From positions 1,054,001 through 1,118,000 of the forward strand of contig OZ059897.1 of the NCBI GenBank assembly GCA_964057225.1: DNA of 64,000 nucleotides. The letters run 5' to 3'. The translations under genes were made by a program, and so were the position numbers. How positions within the stretch are numbered: the first letter of the stretch is position 1; every line of letters begins with the position of its first letter. Source of the stretch: Auanema rhodensis (lineage: Eukaryota; Animalia; Nematoda). This document shows positions 1-11,557 of the stretch, piece by piece. The notes under the pieces were generated by a model. The model saw only the letters and a program-made list of their open reading frames with translations, was not told where the DNA came from and ran no database searches.

Positions 1-467
1 TGAAAAACATTGTCCATGGTCTTCGCCTTGAGAAAAGGAATCTAAGAACATCTAGTTTTTGTAAAATTATCTTGAAATTTTTCGGGAAAATTTTTGTCAA
101 AATGTTTTTGGAAGCAATGTTGAGTGTACATGGAAACTCAACATACACTAATGCATCATTTTTCAAACAATCATAAATAATTTTTGTATTGAGCGTTTCT
201 CAATGTAGTATAATGCATTCGATGCGGATTTTTAAGCTGCGTCGATCTGTGTTATCAGATTTGAGTTAGCTTAAAAATGCACCGAGATATCAACTGATAT
301 AAGTTCACACTTATATCCTCGATTTTCACCCTGAAGAATTAATTTTTTCGTTGAATAAAATTGTCCATCGTCTTTGCCTTGAGAAAAGGAATCTAAGAAC
401 ATCTAGTTTTTGTAAAATTATCTTGAAATTTTTCGGGAAAATTTTTGTCAAAATGTTTTTGGAAGCA

Positions 468-495
468 ATGTTGAGTGTACATGGAAACTCAACAT
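468..495. other. Inverted repeat 1 of the monomer: 9-bp perfect stem, 10-nt loop
   Basis: atgttgagt-gtacatggaa-actcaacat; the arms are exact reverse complements. Present in most monomers. Confidence 0.92.
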
Positions 496-646
496 ACACT
501 AATGCATCATTTTTCAAACAATCATAAATAATTTTTGTATTGAGCGTTTTTCAATGTAGTATAATGCATTCGATGCGGATTTTTAAGCTGCGTCGATCTG
601 TGTTATCAGATTTGAGTTAGCTTAAAAATGCACCGAGATATCAACT

Positions 647-668
647 GATATAAGTTCACACTTATATC
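647..668. other. Inverted repeat 2 of the monomer: 9-bp perfect stem, 4-nt loop
   Basis: gatataagt-tcac-acttatatc; the arms are exact reverse complements in the majority allele. Confidence 0.92.
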
Positions 669-920
669 CTCGATTTTCACCCTGAAGAATTAATTTTTTC
701 GTTGAATAACATTGTCCATTGTCTTCGCCTTGAAAAAAAGAATCTAAAAACATCTAGTTTTTGTAAAATTATCTTGAAATTTTTCGGGAAAATTTTTGTC
801 AAAATGTTTTTGGAAGCAATGTTGAGTGTACATGGAAACTCAACATACACTAATGCATCATTTTTCAAACAATCATAAATAATTTTTGTATTGAGCGTTT
901 TTCAATGTAGTATAATGCAT

Positions 921-987
921 TCGATGCGGATTTTTAAGCTGCGTCGATCTGTGTTATCAGATTTGCGCTAGCTTAAAAATGCACCGA
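921..987. other. Inverted repeat 3 of the monomer: imperfect hairpin of about 67 bp with an 11-bp perfect core
   Basis: tcgatgc-gg-atttttaagct-gcgtcg-atctg-(tgttat)-cagat-ttgcgct-agcttaaaaat-gcaccga. The pairs atttttaagct/agcttaaaaat and atctg/cagat match exactly, and tcgatgc/gcaccga pairs with one mismatch. Confidence 0.88.
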
Positions 988-3900
988 GATATCAACTGAT
1001 ATAAGTTCACACTTATATCCTCGATTTTCACCCTGAAGAATTAATTTTTTCGTTGAATAAAATTGTCCATCGTCTTTGCCTTGAGAAAAGGAATCTAAGA
1101 ACATCTAGTTTATGTAAAAATATCTTGAAATTTTTCGGGAAAATTTTTGTCAAAATGTTTTTGGAAGCAATGTTGAGTGTACATGGAAACTCAACATACA
1201 CTAATGCATCATTTTTCAAACAATCATAAATAATTTTTGTATTGAGCGTTATTCAATGTAGTGTAATGCATTCGATGCGGATTTTTAAGCTGCGTCGATC
1301 TGTGTTATCAGATTTGAGTTAGCTTAAAAATGCACCGAGATATCAACTGATATAAGTTCACACTTATATCCTCGATTTTCACCCTGAAGAATTAATTTTT
1401 TCGTTGAAAAACATTGTCCATGGTCTTCGCCTTGAGAAAAGGAATCTAAGAACATCTAGTTTTTGTAAAATTATCTTGAAATTTTTCGGGAAAATTTTTG
1501 TCAAAATGTTTTTGGAAGCAATGTTGAGTGTACATGGAAACTCAACATACACTAATGCATCATTTTTCAAACAATCATAAATAATTTTTGTATTGAGCGT
1601 TTCTCAATGTAGTATAATGCATTCGATGCGGATTTTTAAGCTGCGTCGATCTGTGTTATCAGATTTGAGTTAGCTTAAAAATGCACCGAGATATCAACTG
1701 ATATAAGTTCACACTTATATCCTCGATTTTCACCCTGAAGAATTAATTTTTTCGTTGAATAAAATTGTCCATCGTCTTTGCCTTGAGAAAAGGAATCTAA
1801 GAACATCTAGTTTTTGTAAAATTATCTTGAAATTTTTCGGGAAAATTTTTGTCAAAATGTTTTTGGAAGCAATGTTGAGTGTACATGGAAACTCAACATA
1901 CACTAATGCATCATTTTTCAAACAATCATAAATAATTTTTGTATTGAGCGTTTTTCAATGTAGTATAATGCATTCGATGCCGATTTTTAAGCTGCGTCGA
2001 TCTGTGTTATCAGATTTGAGTTAGCTTAAAAATGCACCGAGATATCAACTGATATAAGTTCACACTTATATCCTCGATTTTCACCCTGAAGAATTAATTT
2101 TTTCGTTGAATAACATTGTCCATTGTCTTCGCCTTGAAAAAAAGAATCTAAAAACATCTAGTTTTTGTAAAATTATCTTGAAATTTTTCGGGAAAATTTT
2201 TGTCAAAATGTTTTTGGAAGCAATGTTGAGTGTACATGGAAACTCAACATACACTAATGCATCATTTTTCAAACAATCATAAATAATTTTTGTATTGAGC
2301 GTTTTTCAATGTAGTATAATGCATTCGATGCGGATTTTTAAGCTGCGTCGATCTGTGTTATCAGATTTGAGTTAGCTTAAAAATGCACCGAGATATCAAC
2401 TGATATATGTTCACACTTATATCCTCGATTTTCACCCTGAAGAATTAATTTTTTCGTTGAAAAACATTGTCCATGGTCTTCGCCTTAAAAAAAGGAAATT
2501 AGAAACATTTACTTTCTGTAAAATTATCTTGAAATTTTTCGGGATAATTTTTGTCAAAATGTTTTTGGAAGCAATGTTGAGTGTACATGGAAACTCAACA
2601 TACACTAATGCATCATTTTTCAAACAATCATAAATAATTTTTGTATTGAGCGTTTCTCAATGTTATATAGTGCATTCGATGCGGATTTCTAAGCTGCGTC
2701 GATCTGTGTTATTAGATTTGCGCTAGCTTAAAAATGCACCGAGATATCAACTGATATAAGTTCACACTTATATCCTCGATTTTCACCCTGAAGAATTAAT
2801 TTTTTCGTTGAATAAAATTGTCCATCGTCTTCGCCTTAAGAAAAGGAATCTAAGAACATCTAGTTTTTGTAAAATTATCTTGAAATTTTTCGGGAAAATT
2901 TTTGTCAAAATGTTTTTGGAAGCAATGTTGAGTGTACATGGAAACTCAACATACACTAATGCATCATTTTTCAAACAATCATAAATAATTTTTGTATTGA
3001 GCGTTTCTCAATGTAGTATAGTGCATTCGATGCGGATTTTCAAGCTGCGTCGATCTGTGTTATCAGATTTGCGCCAGCTTAAAAATGCACCCAGATATCA
3101 ACTGATATAAATTCACACTTATATCCTCGATTTTCACCCTGAAGAATTAATTTTTTCGTTGAATAACATTGTCCATCGTCTTCGCCTTAAGAAAAGGAAT
3201 CTAAAAACATATACTTTTCGTGAAATTATCTTGAAATTTTTCGGGAAAATTTTTGTCAAAATGTTTTTGGAAGCAATGTTGAGTGTACATGGAAACTCAA
3301 CATACACTAATGCATCATTTTTCAAACAATCATAAATAATTTTTGTATTGAGCGTTTCTCAATGTGGTATAGTGCATTCGAAACAAATGTTCAAGCTGCG
3401 TCGATCTGTGTTATCAGATTTGCGCTAGCTTAAAAATGCACCGAGATATCAATTGAAATAAGTTCACACTTATATCCTCGATTTTCACCCTGAAGAATTA
3501 ATTTTTTCGTTGAATAACATTGTCCATCGTCTTCGCCTTAAAAAAAGGAATCTAAAAACATCTACTCTTCGTTAAATTATCTTGAAATTTTTCGGGAAAA
3601 TTTTTGTCAAAATGTTTTTGGAAGCAATGTTGAGTGTACATGGAAACTCAACATACACTAATGCATCATTTTTCAAACAATCATAAATAATTTTTGTATT
3701 GAGCGTTTCTCAATGTTATATAGTGCATTCGATGCGGATTTCTAAGCTGCGTCGATCTGTGTTATTAGATTTGCGCTAGCTTAAAAATGCACCGAGATAT
3801 CAACTGATATAAGTTCACACTTATATCCTCGATTTTCACCCTGAAGAATTAATTTTTTCGTTGAATAAAATTGTCCATCGTCTTCGCCTTAAGAAAAGGA

Positions 3901-6292
3901 ATCTAAGAACATCTAGTTTTTGTAAAATTATCTTGAAATTTTTCGGGAAAATTTTTGTCAAAATGTTTTTGGAAGCAATGTTGAGTGTACATGGAAACTC
4001 AACATACACTAATGCATCATTTTTCAAACAATCATAAATAATTTTTGTATTGAGCGTTTCTCAATGTAGTATAGTGCATTCGATGCGGATTTTCAAGCTG
4101 CGTCGATCTGTGTTATCAGATTTGCGCCAGCTTAAAAATGCACCCAGATATCAACTGATATAAATTCACACTTATATCCTCGATTTTCACCCTGAAGAAT
4201 TAATTTTTTCGTTGAATAACATTGTCCATCGTCTTCGCCTTAAGAAAAGGAATCTAAAAACATATACTTTTCGTGAAATTATCTTGAAATTTTTCGGGAA
4301 AATTTTTGTCAAAATGTTTTTGGAAGCAATGTTGAGTGTACATGGAAACTCAACATACACTAATGCATCATTTTTCAAACAATCATAAATAATTTTTGTA
4401 TTGAGCGTTTCTCAATGTGGTATAGTGCATTCGAAACAAATGTTCAAGCTGCGTCGATCTGTGTTATCAGATTTGCGCTAGCTTAAAAATGCACCGAGAT
4501 ATCAATTGAAATAAGTTCACACTTATATCCTCGATTTTCACCCTGAAGAATTAATTTTTTCGTTGAATAACATTGTCCATCGTCTTCGCCTTAAAAAAAG
4601 GAATCTAAAAACATCTACTTTTTGTAAAATTATCTTGAAATTTTTTGGGGAAATTTTTGTCAAAATGTTATTGGAAGCAATGTTGAGTGTACATGGAAAC
4701 TCAACATACACTAATGCATCATTTTTCAAACAATCATAAATAATTTTTGTATTGAGCGTTTCTCAATGTAGTATAGTGCATTCGAAACGGATTTTTAAGC
4801 TGCGTCGATCTGTGTTATCAGATTTGCGCTAGCTTAAAAATGCACCGAGATATCAACTGATATAAGTTCACACTTATATCCTCGATTTTCACCCTGAAGA
4901 ATTAATTTTTTCGTTGAATAACATTGTCCATCGTTTTCGCCTTGAAAAAAGGAATCTAAAAACATCTACTCTTCGTTAAATTATCTTGAAATTTTTCGGG
5001 AAAATTTTTGTCAAAATGTTTTTGGAAGCAATGTTGAGTGTACATGGAAACTCAACACACACTAATGCATCTTTTTTCAAACAATCATAAATAATGTTTG
5101 TATTGAGCGTTTATCAATGTAGTATAGTGCATTCGATGCGGAATTTTAAGCTGCGTCGATCTGTGTTATCAGATTTGCGCTAGCTTAAAAATGCACCGAG
5201 ATATCAACTGATATAAGTTCACACTTATATCCTCGATTTTCACCCTGAAGAATTAATTTTTTCGTTGAATAATAATGTCCATCGTCTTCGCCTTGAAAAA
5301 AGGAATCTAAAAACATCTACTCTTCGTTAAATTATCTTGAAATTTTTCGGGAAAATTTTTGTCAAAATGTTTTTGGAAGCAATGTTGAGTGTACATGGAA
5401 ACTCAACATACAATAATGCATCATTTTTCAAACAATCATAAATAATCTTTGTATTGAGCGTTATTCAATGTAGTATAGTGCATTCGATGCGGATTTTTAA
5501 GCTGCGTCGATCTGTGTTATCAGATTTGCGCTAGCTTAAAAATGCACCGAGATATCAATTGATAAAAGTTCACACTTATATCCTCGATTTTCACCCTGAA
5601 GAATTAATTTTTTCGTTGAATAACATTGTCCATCGTTTTCGCCTTGAAAAAAGGAATCTAAAAACATCTACTCTTCGTTAAATTATCTTGAAATTTTTTG
5701 GGGAAATTTTTGTCAAAATGTTTTTGGAAGCAATGTTGAGTGTACATGGAAACTCAACACACACTAATGCATCTTTTTTCAAACAATCATAAATAATTTT
5801 TGTATTGAGCGTTTATCAATGTAGTATAGTGCATTCGATGCGGATTTTTAAGCTGCGTCGATCTGTGTTATCAGATTTGCGCTAGCTTAAAAATGCACCG
5901 AGATATCAATTGAAATAAGTTCACACTTATATCCTCGATTTTCACCCTGAAGAATTAATTTTTTCGTTGAATAATACTGTCCATCGTCTTCGCCTTGAAA
6001 AAAGGAATCTAAAAACATCTACTTTTTGTAAAATTATCTTGAAATTTTTTGGGGAAATTTTTGTCAAAATGTTTTTGGAAGCAATGTTGAGTGTACATGG
6101 AAACTCAACATACACTAATGCATCATTTTTCAAACAATCATAAATAATTTTTGTATTGAGCGTTTCTCAATGTAGTATAGTGCATTCGAAACGGATTTTT
6201 AAGCTGCGTCGATCTGTGTTATCAGATTTGCGCTAGCTTAAAAATGCACCGAGATATCAACTGATATAAGTTCACACTTATATCCTCGATTT

Positions 6293-9200
6293 TCACCCTG
6301 AAGAATTAATTTTTTCGTTGAATAATACTGTCCATCGTCTTCGCCTTGAAAAAAGGAATCTAAAAACATCTACTTTTTGTAAAATTATCTTGAAATTTTT
6401 TGGGGAAATTTTTGTCAAAATGTTTTTGGAAGCAATGTTGAGTGTACATGGAAACTCAACATACACTAATGCATCATTTTTCAAACAATCATAAATAATT
6501 TTTGTATTGAGCGTTTCTCAATGTAGTATAGTGCATTCGAAACGGATTTTTAAGCTGCGTCGATCTGTGTTATCAGATTTGCGCTAGCTTAAAAATGCAC
6601 CGAGATATCAACTGATATAAGTTCACACTTATATCCTCGATTTTCACCCTGAAGAATTAATTTTTTCGTTGAATAAAATTGTCCATCGTCTTTGCCTTGA
6701 GAAAAGGAATCTAAGAACATCTAGTTTATGTAAAAATATCTTGAAATTTTTCCGGAAAATTTTTGTCAAAATGTTTTTGGAAGCAATGTTGAGTGTACAT
6801 GGAAACTCAACATACAATAATGCATCATTTTTCAAACAATCATAAATAATTTTTGTATTGAGCGTTATTCAATGTAGTATAGTGCATTCGATGCGGATTT
6901 TTAAGCTGCGTCGATCTGTGTTATCAGATTTGCGCTAGCTTAAAAATGCACCGAGATATCAATTGATAAAAGTTCACACTTATATCCTCGATTTTCACCC
7001 TGAAGAATTAATTTTTTCGTTGAATAACATTGTCCATCGTTTTCGCCTTGAAAAAAGGAATCTAAAAACATCTACTTTTTGTAAAATTATCTTGAAATTT
7101 TTTGGGGAAATTTTTGTCAAAATGTTTTTGGAAGCAATGTTGAGTGTACATGGAAACTCAACACACACTAATGCATCTTTTTTCAAACAATCATAAATAA
7201 TTTTTGTATTGAGCGTTTATCAATGTAGTATAGTGCATTCGATGCGGATTTTTAAGCTGCGTCGATCTGTGTTATCAGATTTGCACTAGCTTAAAAATGC
7301 ACCGAGATATCAATTGAAATAAGTTCACACTTATATCCTCGATTTTCACCCTGAAGAATTAATTTTTTCGTTGAATAATACTGTCCATCGTCTTCGCCTT
7401 GAAAAAAGGAATCTAAAAACATCTACTTTTTGTAAAATTATCTTGAAATTTTTTGGGGAAATTTTTGTCAAAATGTTTTTGGAAGCAATGTTGAGTGTAC
7501 ATGGAAACTCAACACACACTAATGCATCTTTTTTCAAACAATCATAAATAATGTTTGTATTGAGCGTTTATCAATGTAGTATAGTGCATTCGATGCGGAA
7601 TTTTAAGCTGCGTCGATCTGTGTTATCAGATTTGCGCTAGCTTAAAAATGCACCGAGATATCAACTGATATAAGTTCACACTTATATCCTCGATTTTCAC
7701 CCTGAAGAATTAATTTTTTCGTTGAATAACATTGTCCATCGTTTTCGCCTTGAAAAAAGGAATCTAAAAACATCTACTCTTCGTTAAATTATCTTGAAAT
7801 TTTTTGGGGAAATTTTTGTCAAAATGTTTTTGGAAGCAATGTTGAGTGTACATGGAAACTCAACATACACTAATGCATCATTTTTCAAACAATCATAAAT
7901 AATTTTTGTATTGAGCGTTTCTCAATGTAGTATAGTGCATTCGAAACGGATTTTTAAGCTGCGTCGATCTGTGTTATCAGATTTGCGCTAGCTTAAAAAT
8001 GCACCGAGATATCAACTGATATAAGTTCACACTTATATCCTCGATTTTCACCCTGAAGAATTAATTTTTTCGTTGAATAATACTGTCCATCGTCTTCGCC
8101 TTGAAAAAAGGAATCTAAAAACATCTACTTTTTGTAAAATTATCTTGAAATTTTTTGGGGAAATTTTTGTCAAAATGTTTTTGGAAGCAATGTTGAGTGT
8201 ACATGGAAACTCAACATACACTAATGCATCATTTTTCAAACAATCATAAATAATTTTTGTATTGAGCGTTTCTCAATGTAGTATAGTGCATTCGAAACGG
8301 ATTTTTAAGCTGCGTCGATCTGTGTTATCAGATTTGCGCTAGCTTAAAAATGCACCGAGATATCAACTGATATAAGTTCACACTTATATCCTCGATTTTC
8401 ACCCTGAAGAATTAATTTTTTCGTTGAATAAAATTGTCCATCGTCTTTGCCTTGAGAAAAGGAATCTAAGAACATCTAGTTTATGTAAAAATATCTTGAA
8501 ATTTTTCCGGAAAATTTTTGTCAAAATGTTTTTGGAAGCAATGTTGAGTGTACATGGAAACTCAACATACAATAATGCATCATTTTTCAAACAATCATAA
8601 ATAATTTTTGTATTGAGCGTTATTCAATGTAGTATAGTGCATTCGATGCGGATTTTTAAGCTGCGTCGATCTGTGTTATCAGATTTGCGCTAGCTTAAAA
8701 ATGCACCGAGATATCAATTGATAAAAGTTCACACTTATATCCTCGATTTTCACCCTGAAGAATTAATTTTTTCGTTGAATAACATTGTCCATCGTTTTCG
8801 CCTTGAAAAAAGGAATCTAAAAACATCTACTTTTTGTAAAATTATCTTGAAATTTTTTGGGGAAATTTTTGTCAAAATGTTTTTGGAAGCAATGTTGAGT
8901 GTACATGGAAACTCAACACACACTAATGCATCTTTTTTCAAACAATCATAAATAATTTTTGTATTGAGCGTTTATCAATGTAGTATAGTGCATTCGATGC
9001 GGATTTTTAAGCTGCGTCGATCTGTGTTATCAGATTTGCACTAGCTTAAAAATGCACCGAGATATCAATTGAAATAAGTTCACACTTATATCCTCGATTT
9101 TCACCCTGAAGAATTAATTTTTTCGTTGAATAATACTGTCCATCGTCTTCGCCTTGAAAAAAGGAATCTAAAAACATCTACTTTTTGTAAAATTATCTTG

Positions 9201-10504
9201 AAATTTTTTGGGGAAATTTTTGTCAAAATGTTTTTGGAAGCAATGTTGAGTGTACATGGAAACTCAACACACACTAATGCATCTTTTTTCAAACAATCAT
9301 AAATAATGTTTGTATTGAGCGTTTATCAATGTAGTATAGTGCATTCGATGCGGAATTTTAAGCTGCGTCGATCTGTGTTATCAGATTTGCGCTAGCTTAA
9401 AAATGCACCGAGATATCAACTGATATAAGTTCACACTTATATCCTCGATTTTCACCCTGAAGAATTAATTTTTTCGTTGAATAACATTGTCCATCGTTTT
9501 CGCCTTGAAAAAAGGAATCTAAAAACATCTACTCTTCGTTAAATTATCTTGAAATTTTTTGGGGAAATTTTTGTCAAAATGTTTTTGGAAGCAATGTTGA
9601 GTGTACATGGAAACTCAACACACACTAATGCATCTTTTTTCAAACAATCATAAATAATTTTTGTATTGAGCGTTTATCAATGTAGTATAGTGCATTCGAT
9701 GCGGATTTTTAAGCTGCGTCGATCTGTGTTATCAGATTTGCGCTAGCTTAAAAATGCACCGAGATATCAATTGAAATAAGTTCACACTTATATCCTCGAT
9801 TTTCACCCTGAAGAATTAATTTTTTCGTTGAATAATACTGTCCATCGTCTTCGCCTTGAAAAAAGGAATCTAAAAACATCTACTTTTTGTAAAATTATCT
9901 TGAAATTTTTTGGGGAAATTTTTGTCAAAATGTTTTTGGAAGCAATGTTGAGTGTACATGGAAACTCAACATACACTAATGCATCATTTTTCAAACAATC
10001 ATAAATAATTTTTGTATTGAGCGTTTCTCAATGTAGTATAGTGCATTCGAAACGGATTTTTAAGCTGCGTCGATCTGTGTTATCAGATTTGCGCTAGCTT
10101 AAAAATGCACCGAGATATCAACTGATATAAGTTCACACTTATATCCTCGATTTTCACCCTGAAGAATTAATTTTTTCGTTGAATAAAATTGTCCATCGTC
10201 TTTGCCTTGAGAAAAGGAATCTAAGAACATCTAGTTTATGTAAAAATATCTTGAAATTTTTCCGGAAAATTGTTGTCAAAATGTTTTTGGAAGCAATGTT
10301 GAGTGTACATGGAAACTCAACATACAATAATGCATCATTTTTCAAACAATCATAAATAATTTTTGTATTGAGCGTTATTCAATGTAGTATAGTGCATTCG
10401 ATGCGGATTTTTAAGCTGCGTCGATCTGTGTTATCAGATTTGCGCTAGCTTAAAAATGCACCGAGATATCAATTGATAAAAGTTCACACTTATATCCTCG
10501 ATTT
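6293..10504 (+). repeat. Local 5-monomer higher-order repeat (1755-bp period), about 2.4 copies
   Basis: Matching variant monomers at 6293/8048/9803, 6644/8399/10154 (ttccgg and catacaat alleles), 6995/8750 and 7346/9101. Confidence 0.85.
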
Positions 10505-11557
10505 TCACCCTGAAGAATTAATTTTTTCGTTGAATAACATTGTCCATCGTTTTCGCCTTGAAAAAAGGAATCTAAAAACATCTACTCTTCGTTAAATTAT
10601 CTTGAAATTTTTTGGGGAAATTTTTGTCAAAATGTTTTTGGAAGCAATGTTGAGTGTACATGGAAACTCAACACACACTAATGCATCTTTTTTCAAACAA
10701 TCATAAATAATTTTTGTATTGAGCGTTTATCAATGTAGTATAGTGCATTCGATGCGGATTTTTAAGCTGCGTCGATCTGTGTTATCAGATTTGCACTAGC
10801 TTAAAAATGCACCGAGATATCAATTGAAATAAGTTCACACTTATATCCTCGATTTTCACCCTGAAGAATTAATTTTTTCGTTGAATAATACTGTCCATCG
10901 TCTTCGCCTTGAAAAAAGGAATCTAAAAACATCTACTTTTTGTAAAATTATCTTGAAATTTTTTGGGGAAATTTTTGTCAAAATGTTTTTGGAAGCAATG
11001 TTGAGTGTACATGGAAACTCAACATACACTAATGCATCATTTTTCAAACAATCATAAATAATTTTTGTATTGAGCGTTTCTCAATGTAGTATAGTGCATT
11101 CGAAACGGATTTTTAAGCTGCGTCGATCTGTGTTATCAGATTTGCGCTAGCTTAAAAATGCACCGAGATATCAACTGATATAAGTTCACACTTATATCCT
11201 CGATTTTCACCCTGAAGAATTAATTTTTTCGTTGAATAAAATTGTCCATCGTCTTTGCCTTGAGAAAAGGAATCTAAGAACATCTAGTTTATGTAAAAAT
11301 ATCTTGAAATTTTTCGGGAAAATTTTTGTCAAAATGTTTTTGGAAGCAATGTTGAGTGTACATGGAAACTCAACATACACTAATGCATCATTTTTCAAAC
11401 AATCATAAATAATTTTTGTATTGAGCGTTATTCAATGTAGTATAATGCATTCGATGCGGATTTTTAAGCTGCGTCGATCTGTGTTATCAGATTTGAGTTA
11501 GCTTAAAAATGCACCGAGATATCAACTGATATAAGTTCACACTTATATCCTCGATTT

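Larger units (their letters stand above)
326..676 (+). repeat. Representative 351-bp monomer (phase set arbitrarily at tcaccctgaag)
   Basis: The next copy starts at 677. The monomer is AT-rich (roughly 70% by eye) with many A/T runs of 4-6 bases. Confidence 0.98.
1..2431 (+). repeat. Local 4-monomer higher-order repeat (1404-bp period)
   Basis: Monomer variant order is D-A-B-C-D-A-B: 326 matches 1730, 677 matches 2081, and the partial first monomer matches 1379. Confidence 0.8.

Noticed and set aside
346-362. CENP-B box-like motif tttcgttgaa
   Set aside because: It matches only the TTCGTTG half of the box and lacks the essential CGGG.
326-372. Hammerhead ribozyme (ctgaaga fits CUGANGA, followed by gaaa in some alleles and gtc), as in some animal satellites
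   Set aside because: Stems I, II and III cannot be formed around the core by inspection, and GAAA is present only in a minority allele. An Infernal/Rfam scan would settle it.
326-676. Identity with the Drosophila 359-bp (1.688) satellite or a named beetle satellite
   Set aside because: Only length and AT content are similar. I recognise no sequence match and cannot run a search.
6963-7196. Plus-strand ORFs of 60-77 aa (6963, 8718, 27722)
   Set aside because: They arise only where a chance SNP creates a TTG start in an otherwise ordinary monomer.
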